DNA from: a virus
Length of the DNA stretch: 64,000 nucleotides
IMG/VR virus record: IMGVR_UViG_3300025617_000009
Coordinates: 32,001-96,000 of that record
Direction: 5' to 3' (one strand)
How positions within the stretch are numbered: position 1 is the stretch's first letter; each line of letters starts with the position of its first letter. This document shows, piece by piece, positions 56,501 to 64,000 of this stretch. A program made the position numbers and the translations under genes. Below the pieces are notes generated by a model. It was not told the origin of the DNA, searched no databases, and saw nothing but the letters and a program-made list of their open reading frames with translations.

Positions 56501-57978
56501 AACATACCATTAGCGAAACGGAAAGCATAACCTGTATCATTGCCGCTATTATAAAAGAAGTTTCCTACTGCTAGATCTTCTACAGTAGTTTCACCGTTGA
56601 GTAAAAATGCATCTTTATCTTGTGTTGCTACACTAGGTTGTATTAGTACACTTCTAAGTCCACTACCGTGTACTGTAACACCTGCTGGTACAGTTAATGG
56701 GAATGTTTCAGTGTATATGCCCGGATAAATGAACACTGTATCGCCTGCAACTGCTTCACTTAGAGCTTTACTAACTGATAAGAATGGGTCGTTTTGGTGT
56801 GTACCAGAACGTGCGTCGTCACCATTTACAGCAACATAATAAATATTGCCTTGTCTTAATGCCAGGTCAATACCATCCACTGCAAGATTATCTGTGTTAA
56901 TATTTGTAGCATTAAACTCGTTAACCCAAATATTAGCCCAACGTTGATCGGCATTACCTAGTTGATACGTATCGTCAATGTCAGGTACAATATCGCTGGC
57001 TATTTCTGCATTAATCGTAATAGCGTCTGTGCTATCGTCGCCTATAATAATATTACCATCTGCACTAATATTACCTGTTGCGTGAATATTGCCTGTAACA
57101 GTTGTATTTGATAGTAAGTTGATTATTCCGGCTGCATTTGCTGAAATATCTAAATCTGAATTACTTTGAGTTGTTTGAATACTATTACCATTAATACTAA
57201 TATTATCAAACTGTATACTATCAACATCTAAACTATTTGCTGTTAATCTGCCAGTAAGATTTAAGTCTCCGCTGCTGGTTAAATCGCCTGTTTGAGTAAT
57301 ATCACCGTTGACTATTACAGCATTAAGATTGCTTGTGCCTCCAACTGTTAATCCTTGGTCTATTTCTACATTATTGTTAGCAATATAAATTCTGCCAGTG
57401 CCATTTGCTCTAAGTTCTAGATCAGCATTAGATTCTGTAGTCGTTATTAAGTTGCCAGCAATAGATATTTGATCAGTTGTTAAGGAGTTTGCATTTACAT
57501 CTCCACTTACAACAATATCTGCTAAGAAAGTTGTACCTAGGATAGTAACATCTTGTTCAAATACTAGATCACTGAATACTTTAATTACACCAGTACCATT
57601 AGCACTTAATGACAGATCTGCATTAGATTCGTTGGTAGTAATAGTATTATCATTAATGTATATGCCGTCAATAGTGACCGAGTTTTGATAAACAGTTCCA
57701 TTAACACTTTCTAGAGTAATGTCTCCAGAAGAGTTGGTTATAGAACTTCCTTGAATTGTAAAGTTTGCAAGATTGGCAGCAGTAACAGCATGTAAATTAT
57801 CTGCTCGCGAAGTACCGTTTACGTCTAATTCGTATTGAGGTGTTGTGGTCTTGATGCCGATTTTTTGATTGTTGTTTTCAACATTAAGATATAATAGGTC
57901 AGTCTCAAAGGCTAAATCTACGCCAAGACGCTCTAGATTCTGCTTTAAGAGTGGACCGGAAATACGACCAATCGCCAT
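53503..57978 (-). CDS. Long fibre-like virion protein with ITTT.SNADLELRA.GTG repeats and beta-helix domain
   Basis: Many ITT..SN(A/S)(D/N)LEL.A.GTG units; YYVAVNG.D, SRSPYIRN, SMLFHSVTF; two LP.GTT..RP...G..RYN modules; C-terminal LALG. Confidence 0.8.
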   Translation of the reverse strand: MAIGRISGPLLKQNLERLGVDLAFETDLLYLNVENNNQKIGIKTTTPQYELDVNGTSRADNLHAVTAANLANFTIQGSSITNSSGDITLESVNGTVYQNSVTIDGIYINDNTITTNESNADLSLSANGTGVIKVFSDLVFEQDVTILGTTFLADIVVSGDVNANSLTTDQISIAGNLITTTESNADLELRANGTGRIYIANNNVEIDQGLTVGGTSNLNAVIVNGDITQTGDLTSSGDLNLTGRLTANSLDVDSIQFDNISINGNSIQTTQSNSDLDISANAAGIINLLSNTTVTGNIHATGNISADGNIIIGDDSTDAITINAEIASDIVPDIDDTYQLGNADQRWANIWVNEFNATNINTDNLAVDGIDLALRQGNIYYVAVNGDDARSGTHQNDPFLSVSKALSEAVAGDTVFIYPGIYTETFPLTVPAGVTVHGSGLRSVLIQPSVATQDKDAFLLNGETTVEDLAVGNFFYNSGNDTGYAFRFANGMFVSSRSPYIRNISVITQGSVTNASDPRGFNQGDAGKGALVDGSVVGSASKEASMLFHSVTFITPGVDALTATNGVRIEWLNSFSYFANRGIYAVDGVAGKYNDGKTRIKLGGTSGPFTPGNTITFTSTDSSTEYTATIESVNGDVITIDGYFDSLVGFDTTPQSITDGTATATEILHYDLRDFGAEIRLIASASVYGNYGLYGDGPGVLMYAVGHNLAYIGNGKEVTNDPTTVNQANEVVDLNNAIIRYNSVDHKGDFRVGDQFFVSQETGTVTFANADVSVEAINGLIVTNNGNTTSITATDIDVGNFNISGNTISTVSGDINLDAASDVVNINDNLNITGNLDVTGNINLNGNIVIGDEATDDLFINASIISNLVPAGEPDLGTPTEQWLNLYANNLHIDDIDIFTNVITTVTSNSDLELRASGTGRIYLPDNDLQIDNDLTVSGSTTLSNTTITGTVTHTGDYNQTGDTTVTGNVTVTGDLDVTGSAQFEEILIDDNFITTTTSNADLELRASGTGQILIPSNDVTITNNLTVNGTTNTADITSTGDITSNSFTTGDILVDDNFITTTQSNSNLELSANNNGVVLIPSNDVTVSTSLTVNGLTTLANTDVTGTITHVGDTNQTGTYTLTGDASVTGILTVDSSLQFEEILVNDNFITTTSTNADLELRAAGTGRVVIPDNDLIVSNDVTVQGTVTAEALSVTGITANSFSTGDILIDDNFITTTQSNSNLELRASGTGGIVVDEFTFNQNEITTVGDFTITPGSGLTVFNSTDAVVLPSGTTAERPTAANGMLRYNSELDRFEGYDGVNWLDLGKGVIDLDGDTRITAELTPGANDDTIRMYANGNLVADINANRFNTSRVEIDDISIDTNVIETITTNSDLVLSANGTGVVRIGHFAIENNRISNVVTDSITTFDAPNGGYYRINGSNGFVIPVGSNLNKPPANEAETGMMRYNTDDERVEVFDGVSFVSVAGAASGLDQNDAEELAIGIVLALG

Positions 57979-58080
57979 CTCTTCTCCTCAATACGGGGAT
58001 CCTGTCCCTCCAACCACCTTACATTGCGGGTTGACCACAGTTTCGTCTCGTAAAAGTTTGGTCGACTCTTACAGTAATAG
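57979..58080 (-). ncRNA. Candidate structured cis-regulatory 5' leader RNA
   Basis: GC-rich ~100-nt leader between ATAAATA (58081-87) and GAGGAG SD; alternative pairings GACCA/UGGUC, UCAACC/GGUUGG, CUGU/ACAG, GGGA/UCCC. Confidence 0.45.
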
Positions 58081-58087
58081 TATTTAT
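58081..58087 (-). promoter_or_regulatory. Late promoter ATAAATA
   Basis: GATAAATA about 100 nt upstream of ATG 57978. Confidence 0.65.
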
Positions 58088-58102
58088 CGGATTTGAGATA
58101 TA

Positions 58103-61100
58103 TTAGCCTAAAGCCATAGTAAATTCAAAGAGAAGATTTTCAAATGTCTCAGCGGTAATACTTTCGCCTCCGCCTGCAACAATTATCCATTCCGTACCGG
58201 AATAGATTTCCATGATTTCTCGTTCTGTATTCCAACGCATTTCGCCTACTTGAAGATTATCACCTCTACCTGCTGTAGAACCTGCTGGAATAACGAGTCC
58301 GTTTGTTCCATCAAACTTAACATATCCTATACCTGTTTGAGTAAATTCAAATGCACCTGTGTTATAATGTTTAATAAAATCGTTTACAATTTCTAAATCA
58401 TTAACTAGTATTTTTGGCGCACGATATCTATGAATAGCGTTAACTGTTCTTACAAATAGATCGTTGTTGTAAACAAATAAGTTTACGTCTGTATTTTCTC
58501 CTGTAGGTACAGCAACTTGATAATCTAAGTTTCCAGTAGTTTGATTATATGCATGAACAAAATCGTCTCCTGCATTAGGATCAGCGGCATAGATATAGTT
58601 GTCATCTGCATGCCAGTTATTTAAACCAGTGTTTTGCCCGATTGTAGGTATTTGATTTAATATTGTTTGATTTTCAATATCATATATCACAAACTGAATA
58701 TCGTCACTACCTAAAGGCGCTATCTCTTCTGCATAATACAACTTTCCTTTTCGTATTTGCATAGCATACATATACCATGCATTATAAGTTGGAGTGTTTA
58801 ATGTGTCTATTAGAGTGAAATTTTCTAACTCAAATATAAAAATCTGGCCGCCATCGTCTGAAGAATACACTGCAAGATAATTTTCATCAGCAGCCATTGT
58901 ACGTCCAAACGAGTCACTATTAAATGGATCAGTACTTGTAGGGTGAGTTAATGTTTGGACCAGTTGTGGAGGATCTTGATATAAGTCATATACTCTAACA
59001 TTGTCAAATTGACTAGATCCAGTTATTGATACAAATGCATATCTATTATTGATAGCAGTAGTCCAACCAAAATTGCTACTACTAGTAGGCCCTGTAACAC
59101 GCAAAAGTTGTTCTTGAGTTTCTACGTTATAAAATACAACCGATCCTCGTCCACTAGGAGGTGTGTTGTATGCTCCTGCTACTAAAATATTGTTTTCATT
59201 TAAAGATACAGATCCTCCAAATAAACTTATACTTTCATTGCCTGGTTCGTAAAGAGTGTACTGATATTCACCTTGGCGGGTGTAAACCATTACTCTACCT
59301 TCTAAAAACCCATTTTCATTACTACTAGGATCACCGATAACAATATATTCATCGTTGACTGCTATAGTTTGTTTGCCGTTTCTTAAACTTGTATCTGTAA
59401 GTGGTTCATTTGCTGTCAGCTCACCGACATACTGTGTAATAGTTTCTTCAGTTCTAAGTTCTAAATCAGCATTTGTATCTACTGTGGTTATTTCGTTGTT
59501 ATCTATTAGCACACTGTCTGCTTGTAATGCGTGGAAGTTAACACTGTTTAAATCTATATTACCTACTTGTACATTGTTTACAGTAAACTCTAAATGATTG
59601 TTTGTGCTGTTAGCAATTACACTTGTTTGTCTATCTGCAGAGTATAACTGATCAAATGTTTGTATGTTTGCGCCAAACCCTTCAAACACATTATCATCTG
59701 AGTTATATCTAATACTACCTTCGGTTAAACTCCAATTAGCTGTTGTACCTTGTGGTAGTGTAACACTGTCTGTGCTGTTAAATGTTGCTATACTAGTATT
59801 AAACTGTAAATCAGCAGAGTCGGTAAACAAGTTGTCTGTGTTTATTCTAACGTCTTCAAAGTCTACATTACCTACGCCATTTGCTCTAAGTTCTAGATTG
59901 GAGTTAGTTATAGTTGTTGTAATAACATTGTCAAACAAATCTATGTTTTCTAATTCAAAGTTATCTCCAGTCACACCGTTGACATTAATACCATCTAGTG
60001 TTAATATAGTAGTTGTAAGATTTTGTGCAAGAAGTTCTTCATCAATAATCACTCTACCTGTACCGTGAGCTCTAAATTCTAAGTCTGCATTCGTTGATGT
60101 GTTTGTAATAACGTTATCGTCAAATCTTATTTCTTCAAGTTGTACACCTTGTGTAATATCTAAGTTACCAGTGATGTGTAAATTTGTTACAGTTAAGTCA
60201 CCAGTATGATTTACATTACCAACGTGTGTAAGTACGCCATTAATATCTGTAGATTGTAGTGTTGTGTCTACTGCAATAGTTAAATCTTGATCTGCTTGTA
60301 GATCTTCAAACACAACTTCTCCTGTGCCACTAGCTTGTAGTTCAAGATTATTTGTTCCAATTATTCCGTTAGCGTTTGCTGATGTTTGATCTACCTGCTG
60401 TATTTCCCAGCGCCACCAACGTTGATTTGTTGTAGGAGTTGCTGTGTAATAATCTTCAGGATTATCTATTAACGCTCCTCTCAGCCACGTAATACTTCCA
60501 TTAGTCAATGTGTCTATAGTATAATAAGAGCTGTATGCACCTGTGCTAAATTGAGATAGACTATAAACAGATACACCATCTATCCATAATGAAAGTGTAT
60601 GGGTCCAACTTCCTCTTCTTTCTAGTTGCCAAAAAGTAGTAAGTCCATTAGTGTATACTCCTCCAGCATAATAATATTCAAAAGGACGTTGACTACTACC
60701 TAGTTCTACGTTATCTAGAAACATTCTTTGTGCTGTTATATCTTCTGCATTTATGTCTACTAAATTTAAATCGCCGTTTATAGTTAGGTCATTTGTAACT
60801 TCTGTATTTTCATTGAATAGCACTTCGCCTGTACCGTTGGCTTGTAATGACATAGGACTATTATCTATATTTAAAATATCTCTTCCTTGAGATAGATATT
60901 TTAAAGTATATGTAGCAAAACCAGTAAATAATCCATCAATATCTGCTTCTGTGATTCCTTGGGGATATAAAATATCTCCAGAATATAATCTTATAGTCGG
61001 TCCACTATATGTTCCTAAAGAATAGTTACCGTAAGCAAATACAAGATTATTACTATTATCATATATTAATATGTTAGGAATGTCTGTCAAATCTAAATTA

Positions 61101-64000
61101 GGAGTATCTTCATGTATTAATAAAGCACTAGCAGTAATATACCATTGAAAATCGCCCGGATCATCTATTCGCCACCAAGGTTGATTTTGATATATTAAAT
61201 CTGCTGTAATAATATTAGTGTCAGGTACAGGAATACTTTTTATTACACTATTTGATATAGAGATTTCGTTAAGTATACTAGCACTATTTACATTTAAGTC
61301 TTGCGTAACTGTTAGGTCGCCAGTTTGATTTACATCTCCAGTTTGACTTTTATCACCTGTATGTGTTACTGTTGCAGGTGCTTCTGTAGTAACAGGAGTG
61401 TCACAGTCTATGTTTAATCTTACTTGCCAATAATAACCATCAGGCATTCCACTAGGAGAAAAATTTACAGCTGAAGGGACTCTATATTCTATAGTGAAAA
61501 TATAAGATCCCGGCTGGTCGCCGAGCCAAGAATAGTTTTGATATATAGCAGTATCTGCTGTTCCTTGATATCTATCATAACTTCCTGATGAAACTAGTCG
61601 TAAATCTATATATTCGCTGCTGATTCCTAAATCTCCTCTTACATCAACACTTGCAATATTGATATTTTGTATATCAGTTGTTCCTAGCTCTGATGATAAA
61701 TCAACTATAAATGTACCAGTTCCAAATCCTGCTTCTCCGTATTCTACCTGCACTGTTGTTTGTTGAAAAGTTATCTGTCTATCAATAATTTCTAAATCTT
61801 GTAAATCAGTATCTCCAACTACAGTTAAGTTATTATCTATTTGTACATCATTACTTGATACATAAATGTCGCCAGTTCCGTTTGCACGTAGTTCAAGATC
61901 TACATTTGTGTCAGTAGTAGTAATATAGTTGTCATTAATGGATATTGAATCGCCTACAAACTGTCCAATGTAAGCATTGCCCCATGCATTAGTATCACTA
62001 CCTAGGTTAAATCCGCTGTCACTGCCAGGAATAATATCTTGTTCAATGTCTGCATTAAATGTAATCTGATCTACGTCTGTGTCACCGAGTGTGATTACAC
62101 TGCCTTGTACACTTATATCTTGGAATACTGTTGTGTTATTAGCAACATTAACATTACCTAAAACATTTACGTTTGTGTCGTATGCGTTTAAATTAATAGG
62201 TCCAGAACTGGTGCTAATAGTATTTCCTTCAAACTTTAAAATACCTTGATCTATTGTTGTTCCTGTTATAGTAGTAACATCGCTGCCGTTTGTTATAGTA
62301 ACACTATTGCCGTTACCTAAGTTAATAGTGTCAATAGTAAATGCAGTACTGCCTGTTTCAAAATCAACAAGGAAGTTTTCACCTGCTCTAAAGTTACCTA
62401 GTGCATCTGTGCTTGTAAAATAAATCTTACCATTGTCTAGTTCTACTGTTTCATTTTCTTGTATAGTTAATGTTGGATCATTGGTAACTGCTTTACCGCT
62501 ACCAATATATGCCATATTATGACCTATAAGGTAAAACAGCGTATCATTGCCTTCTGCAACAACTCCGTAGTTACCGTAGACGTTTGCACTACCAATTGAA
62601 CGAATTTCTGCCCCATACTTAATAGTGCTTCCGTCAGTTGATAAGTGGCCTGTAGTTCCGTTTTTAGCATATAACCCTCTATCTGCAAAATATGTAAATG
62701 AGTTAAGCCATTCAACTCTTACTCCATTTGTCATTGTAACAGCATCAACACCGGGAGTAATAAATGTTACTGAATGGAACAACATGCTTGCATCTTCGCT
62801 GGTAGGCAGAACATCGGCTCCGTCAATATAAGCTCCGCGTCCTGCATCTCCCGAATTAAATCCTCTAGGATCTGCAGCACTTAGTTGTGCTCCTTTGGTA
62901 ATAACTGTTATGTTTCTTACATAAGGACTTCTGCTTGATATAAATGCGTTAGGTGCAAAACGGAAAGCATAACCTGTGTTATCTGTACTATTGTAGTAAA
63001 AGTTTTGTACACTAAGGTTTTCAACAGTGGTTTCACCATTTAACCAAAATGCATCGTTGTCATAGGTTGCAGTTGTAGGATAAACGATAGTGTTTCTAAT
63101 ATCACTACCTGTTACTGTAGTGTTCACAGGAACTTCTAAGGGAAAGTCTTCTTGATATTCACCAGGAAATATATAAATCTGTGTAGGTATACTGCTGGTA
63201 TGTGCAACTTCTAAAGCTCTTCCTATTGTTCTAACAGGACGCTGTTGATGATCGCCTTGATTTATGTCGTCACCGCCTTGAGCAACATAAATGATATTAC
63301 CTTGTCCTGATCCTAAATCTACACCATCTATGTTGATTACTGCGGCTGCAATATCTTGACCGTTGAGTAACACTGTGTGAACTTCGCTAAATGTTTTTCC
63401 TTCGACACCTAAGTTATACTTTATATCTTGATTAGGTAAAACGTCTGTATCAAAATCAGCATTAAAGGCAACAGTGTCAACTGTGCTATCGTCGCCAAAA
63501 ACAATATTACCGTCTAGTGTAATATCTCCTGTAGCATGTAAACTTCCATCAACTAATACATTGTTTAATAAATTAATTTCTCCTGTACCAGCAGTGTTTA
63601 TGTTTACATCTGCATCTGACACAGTTTGTTTTATAGCGTTTCCTTCTATACTAAGATTACCTAGTATACTATCTCCAGGAATATCTAAATGTATACCGGT
63701 ACGATCAACATAGTTAAACCCTGCGTTACCAGTGATACTAATATCACCTGTTTGATTTATTGTGTTTATATCTATATTTGCAAATGTTACTTGTGCAGCA
63801 TTATGAGTAAAGTTATTATCGGTGGAAAGATTTTCAAATATAATCTTTCCAGAACTGTTTGCACTTAGTTCTAAATCAGCATTAGATACAGCAGTAGTAA
63901 TAATATTATCATCTATAGTAAACCCATTAAACAGATATCTGCCTGCTTGTATATTACCTGATGCATTAATACTATTACCTTGGATTGTGTCTAAACTAAT
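58103..64000 (-). CDS. Long fibre-like virion protein, paralog of 53503..57978, with four inserted domains; 5'-truncated by window edge
   Basis: Frame stays open from 64000 (ISLDTIQGNSINASG...NADLELSANSSG...) past the track's GTG start at 63622; same repeats and beta-helix; C-terminal TMALG. Confidence 0.82.
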   Translation of the reverse strand: MSLDTIQGNSINASGNIQAGRYLFNGFTIDDNIITTAVSNADLELSANSSGKIIFENLSTDNNFTHNAAQVTFANIDINTINQTGDISITGNAGFNYVDRTGIHLDIPGDSILGNLSIEGNAIKQTVSDADVNINTAGTGEINLLNNVLVDGSLHATGDITLDGNIVFGDDSTVDTVAFNADFDTDVLPNQDIKYNLGVEGKTFSEVHTVLLNGQDIAAAVINIDGVDLGSGQGNIIYVAQGGDDINQGDHQQRPVRTIGRALEVAHTSSIPTQIYIFPGEYQEDFPLEVPVNTTVTGSDIRNTIVYPTTATYDNDAFWLNGETTVENLSVQNFYYNSTDNTGYAFRFAPNAFISSRSPYVRNITVITKGAQLSAADPRGFNSGDAGRGAYIDGADVLPTSEDASMLFHSVTFITPGVDAVTMTNGVRVEWLNSFTYFADRGLYAKNGTTGHLSTDGSTIKYGAEIRSIGSANVYGNYGVVAEGNDTLFYLIGHNMAYIGSGKAVTNDPTLTIQENETVELDNGKIYFTSTDALGNFRAGENFLVDFETGSTAFTIDTINLGNGNSVTITNGSDVTTITGTTIDQGILKFEGNTISTSSGPINLNAYDTNVNVLGNVNVANNTTVFQDISVQGSVITLGDTDVDQITFNADIEQDIIPGSDSGFNLGSDTNAWGNAYIGQFVGDSISINDNYITTTDTNVDLELRANGTGDIYVSSNDVQIDNNLTVVGDTDLQDLEIIDRQITFQQTTVQVEYGEAGFGTGTFIVDLSSELGTTDIQNINIASVDVRGDLGISSEYIDLRLVSSGSYDRYQGTADTAIYQNYSWLGDQPGSYIFTIEYRVPSAVNFSPSGMPDGYYWQVRLNIDCDTPVTTEAPATVTHTGDKSQTGDVNQTGDLTVTQDLNVNSASILNEISISNSVIKSIPVPDTNIITADLIYQNQPWWRIDDPGDFQWYITASALLIHEDTPNLDLTDIPNILIYDNSNNLVFAYGNYSLGTYSGPTIRLYSGDILYPQGITEADIDGLFTGFATYTLKYLSQGRDILNIDNSPMSLQANGTGEVLFNENTEVTNDLTINGDLNLVDINAEDITAQRMFLDNVELGSSQRPFEYYYAGGVYTNGLTTFWQLERRGSWTHTLSLWIDGVSVYSLSQFSTGAYSSYYTIDTLTNGSITWLRGALIDNPEDYYTATPTTNQRWWRWEIQQVDQTSANANGIIGTNNLELQASGTGEVVFEDLQADQDLTIAVDTTLQSTDINGVLTHVGNVNHTGDLTVTNLHITGNLDITQGVQLEEIRFDDNVITNTSTNADLEFRAHGTGRVIIDEELLAQNLTTTILTLDGINVNGVTGDNFELENIDLFDNVITTTITNSNLELRANGVGNVDFEDVRINTDNLFTDSADLQFNTSIATFNSTDSVTLPQGTTANWSLTEGSIRYNSDDNVFEGFGANIQTFDQLYSADRQTSVIANSTNNHLEFTVNNVQVGNIDLNSVNFHALQADSVLIDNNEITTVDTNADLELRTEETITQYVGELTANEPLTDTSLRNGKQTIAVNDEYIVIGDPSSNENGFLEGRVMVYTRQGEYQYTLYEPGNESISLFGGSVSLNENNILVAGAYNTPPSGRGSVVFYNVETQEQLLRVTGPTSSSNFGWTTAINNRYAFVSITGSSQFDNVRVYDLYQDPPQLVQTLTHPTSTDPFNSDSFGRTMAADENYLAVYSSDDGGQIFIFELENFTLIDTLNTPTYNAWYMYAMQIRKGKLYYAEEIAPLGSDDIQFVIYDIENQTILNQIPTIGQNTGLNNWHADDNYIYAADPNAGDDFVHAYNQTTGNLDYQVAVPTGENTDVNLFVYNNDLFVRTVNAIHRYRAPKILVNDLEIVNDFIKHYNTGAFEFTQTGIGYVKFDGTNGLVIPAGSTAGRGDNLQVGEMRWNTEREIMEIYSGTEWIIVAGGGESITAETFENLLFEFTMALG

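Noticed and set aside
57979-58080. Hammerhead ribozyme or tRNA in the structured leader
   Set aside because: GAAAC is present but the CUGAnGA core is absent, and there is no cloverleaf or TTC loop
63620-63622. Track start codon for the 1839-aa ORF
   Set aside because: The frame is open to the window edge and continues the same repeat, so the true start lies outside the window
2204-63713. Dozens of short opposite-strand or alternate-frame ORFs in the supplied track (e.g. 54119..54619, 55133..55717, 16425..16907)
   Set aside because: They lie inside long motif-bearing genes and show no recognisable motifs; they look like antisense shadows of biased, repetitive codon usage
53503-64000. Recurring DNA repeats as a CRISPR array or DGR template/variable repeat
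   Set aside because: The repeats are in-frame, vary at synonymous positions and are irregularly spaced; I saw no adenine-specific mismatch pattern and no cas or reverse transcriptase gene
1-64000. Stop-codon reassignment as in some large phages
   Set aside because: The standard code gives near-complete coding density; TAA, TAG and TGA all end genes at sensible positions

Overview
This AT-rich, gene-dense 64-kb window is the virion morphogenesis region of a large T4-superfamily (Caudoviricetes, contractile-tailed) phage, probably aquatic. It encodes terminase large and putative small subunits, gp4 head-completion nuclease, putative internal head proteins, tail tube and a 1106-aa sheath, neck proteins gp13/gp14, tail terminator gp15, five giant repeat-rich virion/fibre proteins (1.5-2.5 kaa) and two paralogous fibre+subtilase (S8) modules. 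Two carbohydrate-enzyme blocks sit among the structural genes. One is a NUDIX-hldD-cupin-gmhB (ADP-heptose) operon behind gp15. The other is a GT9-like glycosyltransferase, SGNH-like protein and CmcH/NodU carbamoyltransferase, directly downstream of two ~10%-Cys proteins and a tail-chaperone-like gene. My best candidate for an undescribed system is a phage-encoded virion glyco-decoration pathway (heptosylation plus acyl/carbamoyl tailoring, possibly S-linked on Cys). Regulatory features: at least 15 T4-late-like TAAATA promoters that fall into a leaderless class (ATG 4-5 nt downstream, no SD) and an SD-led class, a consensus sigma70 promoter island, several hairpins, and a GC-rich structured 5' leader. 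I saw no tRNA, rRNA, CRISPR, integrase or RT. All family assignments come from motif recognition by eye, not database searches.
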